Origin: Botryllus schlosseri
Lineage: Eukaryota
NCBI GenBank assembly: GCA_051294905.1
Contig: CM119371.1
Location: forward strand, 25,546,001 to 25,610,000
Reading direction: 5' to 3'
Length of the DNA stretch: 64,000 nucleotides
Part shown: positions 54,001 to 61,536 of the stretch, piece after piece
Layout: the number at the start of each line of letters is the position of its first letter
Numbering within the stretch: the first letter of the stretch is position 1
Program-made: the position numbers and the translations under genes
Notes under the pieces: model-generated
The model's database searches: none
What the model saw: the letters and a program-made list of their open reading frames with translations, nothing else
Told to the model about the DNA's origin: nothing

Positions 54001-57000
54001 TTTCTGAAAAGTTTGTTGGTATCGTAATAAGTTTTAACACAACCCCGGTCTAATTACGTCATAATTTATTAATCAAGTCGTGATCAACTATTACAAAATC
54101 TCGTATGTCAAACCAACGTGTTAATAAGAATGTTTACAACATGATAACTTTCAATGTAACACCGGTGTTCGATCGTAAGAAATGAATTCTTAACTACATC
54201 GGTCAGACATTCAAATATCATATACTCAAAACATATGTTAATCTCAAGTTGTGCGCACCGAGTAATAATTACTTTAGGTTACAGAATAGTAACGACTTTT
54301 ACAGTTGAATAAAAAAATACGAGTTGGCGGACTATGAATACAACCGAACTTGTTATGGATTTTGGATTGTGGTGATTACTCGCGTAGTCTTGTCTACTTT
54401 TCATAAGGATACTGTTGAGTTGGTTGGGTAAGTTACAAACGGATTGACTTGACAAGGTTTTTGTATTTTACTCTTTTGTGTATGGCAAGATGTTAAAATG
54501 TTGAGATATTATAGTGATAGTATTTCTGAAACTATCTTCGCCAAACGGAAAGTTCGATCGCGAATATAGTTGTAATATTTCATTACTTGTTTCAAATCAA
54601 TATGCGTATAATTTCGAAATGTGACTGGGTGAAAGTTGGTAGTTATGTTTGTCAATCTATTTCAATTCAGACTATGTCAAAGTCGAGATATTTCATTTCG
54701 GATTATCTGAATTTACCTTCAGTACACCCCGCGAATGGATTCCGACGACGCACTATAACATTTTTGATAATAAGGACTCAAGGATTTTCAATCAATAATA
54801 GACCCACCTGATTTTTTTGGTAATGCTAGAGTTGGCAAATGATAAGTTGCGTGTTTTTATTAAGCGTTTGATTTCTCAATAATGAATACAATTATTATAT
54901 GCGCATACTTGTGATTCTTGATTCTCATACAGCTAGTTGGTATTGATTATATAGGTGTGAAAAGAGCGGCGTGGAATGTGTGAATAATTCGATGTGGCTG
55001 AAAGTCGGCGTCGGTAATATTCAGGTTACGTTCGATTCAAAAGATTACGTTAGAAAGATTTCTCAGAGGATAATGGTTGTGCCGAATCAACACATTCAGA
55101 TACGAATGAACTTGATTTGTGTAGTGAGTTTCATTTCGATACTGTGTCAAAGTCAAAATATTTCGTTTTTGATTATCTCAGTTACCTGTAGTACATCTGA
55201 CGAACGGATTTAAAGTTGGCAAATTACCAAAATGATTGAATATTATCGGGTTAGAGATAGTTTTTTATTGATTCTATAAGTGTTAAAACAGCGGCGTGGA
55301 ATGTGTGAATGATCCGGAAACGGAGTTGAAAGTTGGTCAAGTCAAGTAATATTCAGTTTCAAAAGGATTATACTCTTAAAAAGATTCGAGTTATACCAGC
55401 AATTGACAATTTGATAGTATTCAAGTCGCCGCCGTTGTGGTTCTGTTATTCGTTACCCTTGTCAGTGAACGTATGATTTTACAATTATTTCACACCTATT
55501 TGAGTATGCGGTAACCGCACAAAGGATTAGGGTTAGGACGGAAATAAGTGACAATTTGTTGCTATTCAAGTTACCGACACTGGCGGTTCTGTTAGTCGTT
55601 ACTTATTAAATCTTACCAGCGAAATCAAGTTCTGTGACAAACTGATTACTAAAATTTCACCGCGTGAGCGATCGGTATGGTTATGACACCAAGTCGTGAA
55701 AGATGACCATGTCTGAGGTGTTATCTTGTGGGCGATCGTAGGATTTTACAAATATTTCACACCTTTTTGAAGTGTTAGTATGTGAACGCGGCTATTGTTG
55801 GTATTTGAATCACCGTCTACGCCGGCTCTGTGGCAAACTAAATTCCTGAAAGTACGACTGGTCACCGCAGCCATAAGACACCACACGAGAGATACCTATA
55901 CCCGAAAGTACGACATGTCAGCGCAGCCTACACCCGAAAACGTTAGCATACGACCGATCCCTATCTCTGTAACGCTATCATGCGACCGGAGCCTATACCT
56001 GAAAATACGACTCACCAACGCCGCCTATACCTGAAAATACGACTCACCAACGCAGCCTATACCGAAAGGGTGGGGTCACCGACGAGACGGCAGGTCATCA
56101 GCGATAGGGACTCGAAAAGGGTGGAGTCACCAACACGAGTTTTCACGGCAGGTCATGAGCGAGCCCTATACCTGAAAGGGTGGGGTCACCAGAGATCCCA
56201 TAAGAAACAATGGCAGGTCACCAGAGATCCCGTAAGAATACATGACAGAGGCTCATTCACATGACTATTTACTTGATACATATTCAACACGAAGTACGAC
56301 ATGCCAACGCAACCATAAGCCACCACACGAGAGATGTCTATACCCGAAAGTACGACATGTCAACAACGAAGCCGCGTGCGACCGATCCCTATGCTGAAAA
56401 GGGTTACCGTGCGACCACAAGACACAATAGCCGCTTGCCACCCCCGCCATAAGAGATAATAGCCGCTTGCCACCCCCGGTTTCCCAGCCGCTTGCGACCC
56501 CCGCCATAAGACATAAGAGCCGCTTGCCACCTCCGCCATAAGACGCAATAGCCGCTCGCCACCCCCGCCATAAGACATAAGAGCCGCTCGCCACCCCCGC
56601 TTTCCCAGCCGCTCGCAACCCCGCCTATACTACCCCAAAAAAGCGCACACCACGACCGATCTACTACACTACTCTTGTGCAAATGAACTGTAGGCTTGTG
56701 ATAAACAGCAAAATCATGTTTTTTTCTCGAAAATAACATCATACTATTTATATAGAAATTTTTACCGCATAACGCTTATGACGATACTTTTGGTGTGATC
56801 GCAACATTTATGGCACCAATATGAAGAAACATATATTTTATGATCATATCACGTCCAGCATCTAGCGCAGGGACGGGCAACATACGGACCGCGAGCCGGA
56901 TTCGCCCCGAGACGGAATTTTGATCGGCATGCAGAGAGTTTCCACCTTCAAATTGAAATACGTATCTAAAAGTACAGACAAATTTTATCTGCCAAAGAAT

Positions 57001-60000
57001 GGATCCAAGTTTTCCAACCCGATAAAGACTATCATGAAACGACTTGTTTTGTTCGGGTCTACGTATATATTTACGAGCAAACATTTTCGACCATGAACAA
57101 TTAAACAACAGCAAGACAAGGCTGCATACCAATACAACTGGTGATATGAATTTTAGGGTTGGAGCGTAATGCTTTGATAGCAACGAAACACTCCTTGCTC
57201 ATCAAAAAACCAGCCTTGTCGACAGGGCATCCGCAATAAGAATGCGCCAAATCAGATAGCCGAGCTTTAAAAGCAGGTATATCATTGTCCGATTTATGAC
57301 CAATGTCAGCCAAAAATATTCGGGTCCATTCCAATATGAATGTACTATTCAATTGTAAATTGAAGTTCTGTACCTACAAGAAGCTGCTCAAATAGTGGTT
57401 ATGTATATCACAGGATAAATGGATTTCGTGGCGAGGTTTCAATCTCTGGATTGGGACAAATCAGGGAAATACTTTGGAAATTTTTGATCCAAACGACTGT
57501 TTACTAATTTGATGAAACTAAGAACTTCAACTTCAAATCGAGAAGGTTTCGCAGACAGAAGTCACCCTGATTGACGTTACTATCTCCATATTTTTATTTT
57601 TTCCACAAACCCCAACAAAACGTCTCTAAACAGCAATATATTTGTATCAGCAGGTTATGGGAAAATTGGCAATGAAAATGAATTTTCACACTACGATAGT
57701 TCATGTCAGACGATTATTATGATGATATGAGGTTTTAGCAGTTGTGGTGCGAAACTGCCTCATGCTTTCTCAAATTAAAAACCGAAGTAAAAATTAGGTT
57801 ATCAACCATTTTAAAAATTTTGAGGTCTCGCGGACCCCCTGAAATTGCTTCGCGGACCCTTAGGGGTCCACGGACCCTTAGGGGTCCACGGACCCCCGGT
57901 TGAGAACCGCTGGTATAGGGTGAATAATATGAATATAGCTCCTCTGACGAAAGATCTGTACTATTGCTGTTGAACCGACTATTTTTAGGGTTCCAACCTT
58001 CTCATATCGATATGCGTCGGCTATATCTGGTAGTAATTGTCCGTAGGCTCATACAACATGTTTTTTGGAAAGTATTTACACAATTATGCCATAATTTTGC
58101 AACTTGAAAAAACACAATTTTTTTTAAAGGAGACTTTGTTTAAAACACCGTTTGTTTTAAATGCAACCCTAGTTGCATCACATGATATCACAGCTTCGTG
58201 TGACGTCTGTGTTTGCAGTTAACTTAAAATTAATTTGGCGCTCAGAAAACCGCAGCCATTAAGATGTCTACGCCAGCCTTGCTAAGCATAATTGCACTCG
58301 ATTGTTTTGGGTGAAAATTTATAGGATGATTGTCTAGTATTTTCAAGTAGCTATGAGTTAAATATATTAAATTCTCACGACAATCACTATTGCATTGGAC
58401 GTACAGAATATTTGTTTCGTCGCCATTTAAAGAATGTAACAATTCAGTCCTTGGTATCGACATTTATACATGATTCAAGATACGTTTCCCACTTGAGAAC
58501 TGAAAATTATTCATGCAAAACGCACAGTCTATTTTCGCGAAGTTCTATTCCCTGATCCTAAATGAACTAGTTAGGAAATATATCTGATTGGAAATTAACC
58601 GCTTGCATGAGTAAACAATATAACTTAGTAGTTCGTCAGGTATGGTTACCTGCAATCTCTACCTCCGTCGCAAAAGTTTGAAGCTGGTATACAGCCTGAT
58701 CCATCGCGGCATTCGAAATCTTCTTCGGCACATTTCGATTCTAGCGAAATATTGAATAGATAAATTGAATCGTTCATTTTGTTTCTACATGTAATGTACG
58801 GCCGGAATCTTATCACTAACGGACTCTTGGGATGTCGTTATAACCATAGGCGCCGAGTTACGGGGTGGCGGGGTGGCGCAGCCACCCCATGACAGATTTA
58901 TGGGGTGGCGGCCACCCCATAAAATAAGATTGAACGCCCGCCGTCTGCGATTTCAAATCACCAGTGCTGTTAATTAGCGAGTCCGTGATAGCGCGTAAAT
59001 GTCAACTATTTATCGTTAACCGATACGCGCGCGAATAATTGAATACGCGGCTTCGTCAGCGACGACTAACTATAGTGCTTAAAACGCCCTAATATCCGTG
59101 AAATCCATGATTAGTAATCAGACAATCGAAGCAACCTCGTTTACGACGTGGATTTCGACAAGCTTGTGCTGAGAAACAGCATCTCCTATCGCGATTTGAC
59201 GACCAAATATACGTCCACCTTCTACAAATGATAGTGCGTTATTTGCATCGATGAGGGCCGCAAGCCGCGTTTAAAATATTTTGTGAACCATTTTTGTGAT
59301 AAATATTCTCGGAGCGCAAAGTTGAACAGTGTTTTATTATATGTGCCTGCTAGTTGGAATGTATTCCAGTGCCCATAATAGTATTCCAATCCAATTACGC
59401 TTTGCGAACGTACATCGGGAAATGCAGCAATGAAGTCAATATCGATGTTTTAGTCAGCAACCAATTGTCGCGATTCTACTAAGTAAAAACTCATTGTGTT
59501 GGCGGTAAGGCAGGGGCGGGCAACTTCTCCAGTCGGCGGGCCGGATATGGGAAAATTAACTACTTGGCGGGCCGGATTGCTGCATTGATACATTATTCGC
59601 TCATTTATCCACGTATACAAGGAATAAATCGTATTTAATGGATGTATTTTGACGACAGCAATGTCACTTCAAAGCCATTTCTCGCCGATAATTACGAAGG
59701 CAATGTGGATTTGAGAATAGCTACTCACACTCGTATCTACTCACAGCTGATCAATGCACACACGGTGCAATCCCGAATTAAGATTTCAAGGCGTTCGATA
59801 AGCCCGGTACCCCAAATTTACCAAGATATCTATTTTATTAAGGTTGAGTAGGTGACGAGATAGCATCGTTGATCAACTGTGTGGCCAAATTATTCTCGAT
59901 ATTGAATTCATGCGGCCCGCGTCCTCCACGAAATTTGAAAATTGGCCCGCTACCCGTCTTGAGTTGGCGACCCCTGGCATAAGCGGTGTTTTACGGAAAG

Positions 60001-61337
60001 CCTAGAAGTGTACCGTGCAACAAGTCGGCGGTTACGGATTCAAAAATAAGACATATCAGCCTGGTGTGAATGATCATTGTAGTCGACAAACACCATGATT
60101 ACCACAAACGACATTAGGGTTGAGTACATCGTGAATGCCGATAATGCAAGTCTTCTCGCTTCGACGAACTTACGCGTAAGTTCCACTCTCGCCCGCTGCG
60201 CAATTCGCATACACGTATATAATAACATACAGTCACTAAAATTTGACGTAGTAAGCAAGTAGTGGGGAGCTGCGGGCCACATTATCATGTAAGACGGAAA
60301 ACTGTCCGCGGGCCGGACAAAATCCTTTCGCGGGCCGGATCCGGCCCGCGGGCCGTATGTTGCCCACCCCTGCGGTAAGGGATAATTACTGATTGGTCGC
60401 GCGCATTTGTAATCATCATTGTTGTCTCTCTTTCGTTTTCCAGAATTGGTGCGCCGTGTTAGAAGTCAAGCGATGAATACCGAGCGCTCGGCAATCAATG
60501 ATCCAATTTAGCAATCGTCTCAGCGGGAGATAGCGTCACGTTGCATTTGTGCGATATGCGTGTACAAACGAATTTTGCTAATTGGCCGCTGCCGCACGTA
60601 ACCCTGATAATACGACTTGTTGAATTGCAACTGAATATTAGCATCAGAATAATCATTTCAAAAGGACGGAGTTTTGTGTTTGAAAAGGAGGGGGTTTCGA
60701 CACCTCCCTGACCACGCGACTGCCGCCACCCCATGCAAAAATAAAAGTCGGCGCCTTATAACTATATGTAAATAGCAACTGTTTGCTTCCATACTAGCGT
60801 ATGTGATTTAAAGGAAAATTAACCGTCTGTTACCAAGCTTGTCATACTGTTCAACGAATAGTTATGGCTAATATGAGGAGTCTAAATATGTGTATTTCAG
60901 TGTATTGTCAGGGTTTAAATCTCTACTATCGCGTTCGATTCCTTCCTGTCGTTCTCCATTAAACTCAGCCACAGCCGAGGGTAATCGGGAGTCGAATGTT
61001 ATTTAAAAATTACTTTAATTTCGTTATTTCCCTTTGGTTTCTGTTAGATACGGGAAATGAAGCCCGAACGAAGGACGTCACCCCGATGGCTGAGATCCAC
61101 ATGTTCGCGGTGGTGATTAGTCATGAAATTAAATTTGCACCATAAACATTTCGTGTGAACCATATCAGATTGAATGGATTAGATGTTTGTTAATAATTAC
61201 CAGCTTTGCATAACGTATTTCGGCGTTTTTGTAGCTCGGGCGGGAAGATACAAAGTCTGTGTGGATATTCCAAACTTCTGCACAACCTGTCATCGTTACA
61301 ATCATGTTTTGACGCATATCGTTCGTCGGATCCGTCT
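8999..61337 (-). CDS. Partial multi-exon gene encoding tandem LDLa-like Cys-rich repeats (secreted or receptor ectodomain). Exons in transcript order: 61201-61337, 58650-58740, 36110-36249, 27677-27767, 27140-27276, 22949-23039, 22415-22548, 18614-18704, 16888-17018, 8999-9092
   Basis: All ten exons have AG/GT boundaries with alternating phases (A: 1 to 2, B: 2 to 1) and join into one open frame of 1137 nt. A exons read Cx6CxDGSxCx6CDGxxxC (the last is a variant); B exons read DGSDE-Y...LCR...LCI(L/F)P..L...R..LC. Additional unrecognised exons are possible. Confidence 0.88.
9591..11202. mobile_element. hAT (Ac-type) non-autonomous element
   Basis: TIR TAGGGATGGTGTGAAC; TSD ATGAACAT; GTTCAC/GAACC subterminal repeats. 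Confidence 0.92.
10355..10959. mobile_element. Nested TIR element, family unassigned
   Basis: GGTG(A/G)AGATAATAAAGTT inverted at both ends; TSD unclear. Confidence 0.5.
11999..13723 (+). mobile_element. hAT Buster/Charlie internal-deletion derivative with transposase remnant
   Basis: TIR CAGGGGTTCTCAAC; TSD CTCTACGT; remnant LSDSTVTRRV..YFSLALDESTD at 12945-13184. Confidence 0.9.
12719..12911. mobile_element. ~190-bp hAT MITE; related copies at ~12219-12390 (inverted, partial) and 44335-44519
   Basis: Termini CAATGTTTCCTC / GAGGGAACTCTG; TSD CTTAGCAG. Confidence 0.8.
14196..15085 (+). mobile_element. hAT derivative carrying a CGGBP1-like zinc-finger transposase N-terminus
   Basis: TIR (T/C)AGGGCCATTT; TSD CTAATAAC; AAAGTCATAT subterminal repeats; PKVRES..VNEF..CHICSCIV..KRIFVEQHLATLKH at ~14719-14890. 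Confidence 0.85.
15660..15799 (-). mobile_element. tRNA-derived SINE 5' part
   Basis: B box GGTTCCAATCC followed by GACCAGGGTCGAC..GAATTCCGA..GTTGGAGG, shared with the copy near 45150. Confidence 0.55.
15952..16824. mobile_element. hAT Buster/Charlie-type MITE
   Basis: TIR C(A/G)GGGGTGTCAAAC; TSD CTCCACAG. Confidence 0.88.
16888..17018 (-). CDS. LDLa-repeat gene, B-type exon
   Basis: ccttgctag|A GAT GGA TCT... = DGSDEPYPLNEDDSTLCRRRRGNSRLCILPPELQHKRKYLCRS, ends G|gtaggt; 131 nt. Confidence 0.9.
18614..18704 (-). CDS. LDLa-repeat gene, A-type exon
   Basis: ttctttctgtcaag|GA ATT AAA TGT... = IKCYDEQLECRDGSKCLRFAQFCDGSIDC, ends AG|gtacac; 91 nt. Confidence 0.9.
18863..19792. mobile_element. 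hAT MITE with GACTT/GACTC subterminal repeats (duplicate at 23574-24509; relative at 62110-63178)
   Basis: TIR CAGTGTT(G/A)GGAT; TSD TTTCAAAC. Confidence 0.9.
20029..21587. mobile_element. Related hAT MITE with GACTT/GACTC repeats (duplicate at ~24746-26313)
   Basis: CAGTGTTAGGAT...ATCCCAACATTG termini; degenerate TSD CTACTTTG/ATACGTTG. Confidence 0.8.
20642..21209. mobile_element. Nested hAT MITE (duplicate at ~25359-25941)
   Basis: TIR CAGGGTTGTAA; TSD CTGTATAG. Confidence 0.9.
22415..22548 (-). CDS. LDLa-repeat gene, B-type exon (duplication copy 1)
   Basis: DGSDEPYATYGDNGTLCRRIKYSEPGLCILPLSLRHIRHHLCSD; 134 nt; A|gtaagt donor. Confidence 0.88.
22949..23039 (-). CDS. LDLa-repeat gene, A-type exon (duplication copy 1)
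   Basis: Identical to 27677-27767; 91 nt. Confidence 0.88.
27140..27276 (-). CDS. LDLa-repeat gene, B-type exon (duplication copy 2)
   Basis: DGSDEPYATYGDNGTLCRRVKYLEPGLLCILPLSLRHIRHDLCSD; tttttctag| acceptor, A|gtaagt donor; 137 nt. Confidence 0.9.
27677..27767 (-). CDS. LDLa-repeat gene, A-type exon (duplication copy 2)
   Basis: ttctatag|GT ATA CAC TGC... = IHCSMEEFQCSDGSRCIDPRGFCDGYKHC, ends AG|gtattg; 91 nt. Confidence 0.9.
28591..29046. mobile_element. Degenerate hAT MITE, same family as 29829-35665 in opposite orientation
   Basis: CTGGGCA..TGCCCAG termini, TCGA-rich subterminal repeats, reverse-complement similarity to 29829-30240. Confidence 0.6.
30990..32699 (+). pseudogene. Disrupted accessory ORF of the P-like element
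   Basis: MTSQVGD.. then frameshift/stop ..NILEYMAGFTLRK.. [MITE] ..GALVYPG..IGLFLRVLGHSFANK..KGSQGTRGDLK*. Confidence 0.6.
31467..32274. mobile_element. hAT Buster/Charlie-type MITE inserted in the accessory ORF
   Basis: TIR CAGAGGTCTCAAAC; TSD AGGTAGA(C/T). Confidence 0.9.
33879..34104 (-). pseudogene. Exon encoding the C-terminal half of a THAP domain
   Basis: tttttaag|NTICDLHFRPEDII..WLKLGAIPCLNLP..G|gtaggt, matching THAP CxxHF and the AVP box. Confidence 0.75.
36110..36249 (-). CDS. LDLa-repeat gene, B-type exon
   Basis: ttttgacag|C GAT GGG... = DGSDETQYATFDNSNQTLCRGKSAGGAFLCILPLHLEHERLKLCRI, ends G|gtaagt; 140 nt. Confidence 0.9.
36452..37616. mobile_element. hAT Buster/Charlie-type MITE with a nested MITE at 36757-37077
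   Basis: TIR CAG(T/C)GGTTCTCAACC; TSD CAATAGAT; nested element TSD ATTT(G/A)GAC. Confidence 0.9.
37946..39360 (+). CDS. PIF/Harbinger (HARBI1-like) DDE transposase, 3 exons: 37946-38284, 38347-38556, 38836-39360 (357 aa)
   Basis: Phase-0 GT-AG introns give one open frame; motifs FRARYRF, GISQPTVS, GAIDCTH, NRKGYFSVNCQ, GSAHDSRIF, GDQGYP, IERAFGVLK. Confidence 0.93.
40477..43175 (-). pseudogene. Harbinger Myb/SANT (trihelix) partner gene with a +1 frameshift
   Basis: MDSEKRGEKRTNYSEYEKELLVNLV..SAWKK/IQMDFN..KLRVLYKNMKTKAAK..KTGGGP; extra base in the T8 run at 43024-43031; last exon 40477-~40810 ends in a coiled coil; middle exons uncertain. Confidence 0.82.
40873..42152 (+). mobile_element. 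hAT (Ac-type) deletion derivative in a Myb-gene intron
   Basis: TIR TAGAGCCCGACCGAT; TSD CTTGTGAC; ATCGG subterminal repeats; dimerisation-domain remnant W..NEERFPILA..VPSERL at ~41740-41830. Confidence 0.88.
43207..46553. mobile_element. hAT Buster/Charlie-type element with truncated right end and three diverged ~350-400-bp internal units
   Basis: Left TIR CAGTGGTTCTTAACC after CTCTAAAC; CAGCGCCCCC subterminal motifs at both ends; right TIR absent. Confidence 0.6.
44890..46386. mobile_element. Composite hAT MITE (same family as 59511-60372) with a nested SINE (~45110-45384) and MITE (45659-46010)
   Basis: TIR CAGGGGCGGGCAAC; partial TSD GGCTAT; SINE B box at 45162-45172 and (AAAC)n tail; nested TIR TAGGGTTAC. 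Confidence 0.8.
46915..47115. repeat. GC-rich ~33-bp subterminal tandem repeats (mirror copy at ~56420-56630)
   Basis: TTATGGCGGGGGTGGC(A/G)AGCGGCT(C/A)TTATGTC repeated. Confidence 0.9.
50655..51230. repeat. 41-42-bp tandem repeat array in the unique core of the Polinton-like element
   Basis: Unit ~CAAGTGAAAA(T/A)GGTTTGTT(G/A)C(T/C)CAGGGAAAAAATATATTTC; cleanest units start at 50780, 50821, 50862, 50903. Confidence 0.85.
57100..57395 (-). mobile_element. Second Penelope-like fragment (pre-RT coding piece plus inverted pseudo-LTR)
   Basis: FKARLSDLAHSYCGCPVD..AIKALRSNPKIHIT; 57304-57392 matches the reverse complement of 7522-7610. Confidence 0.75.
58650..58740 (-). CDS. LDLa-repeat gene, A-type exon
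   Basis: tttcgctag|AA TCG AAA TGT... = SKCAEEDFECRDGSGCIPASNFCDGGRDC, ends AG|gtaacc; 91 nt. Confidence 0.9.
58845..60755. mobile_element. hAT-like MITE with GCCACCCC subterminal repeats
   Basis: CATAGGCGCCGA...TCGGCGCC; TSD GTTATAAC / TTATAAC, right tip eroded. Confidence 0.75.
59511..60372. mobile_element. Composite hAT Buster/Charlie-type MITE
   Basis: TIR CAGGGG(C/T)GGGCAAC; TSD CGGTAAGG. Confidence 0.9.
61201..61337 (-). CDS. LDLa-repeat gene, B-type exon
   Basis: ttttgtcag|A GAC GGA TCC... = DGSDERYASKHDCNDDRLCRSLEYPHRLCIFPPELQKRRNTLCKA, ends G|gtaatt; 137 nt. Confidence 0.9.
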
Positions 61338-61536
61338 CTGACAAAAAAATGCCTTGGATTATATTTCATATTTTGACGCACATGGTTGATCGCATTGGGT
61401 CCTCGGAACGTTACGGACAATTTTTGACTACCCGGCATTAGTGAACGTTATGTCTCGTGTATTAAGTCTCATCTCGCGTTAGCCCTGTCCCAAAGTTACT
61501 GTCAAACTGATCTCTTTTCTTCAGTATCCATTAGGC

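Larger units (their letters stand above)
46868..56673. mobile_element. Polinton/Maverick-like non-autonomous element, 9806 bp, with ~3.5-kb TIRs
   Basis: Termini AGTAGTGTAGTAGATC..GATCTACTACACTACT; 6-bp TSD CTTGTG (46862-46867, 56674-56679); TIRs 46868-50358 and 53170-56673 near-identical; no recognisable genes. Confidence 0.82.
46747..57912. mobile_element. hAT Buster/Charlie-type MITE (family of 36452-37616) hosting the Polinton-like element
   Basis: TIR CAG(T/C)GGTTCTCAACC; TSD GTATAGGG; GCGGACCCC subterminal repeats. Confidence 0.9.
46554..58171. mobile_element. hAT (Ac-type) element hosting further insertions
   Basis: TIR TAGGGTTGCAT; AAAAC/GTTTT subterminal repeats; flanking 8-mers do not match. 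Confidence 0.65.
37646..58259. mobile_element. PIF/Harbinger transposon (outer limits tentative), expanded by ~16 kb of nested insertions
   Basis: Convergent transposase and Myb/SANT genes; imperfect candidate TIRs TAA|TGCCCGTGTTTTGA and CAGAAAACCGCAGCCA|TTA. Confidence 0.55.
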
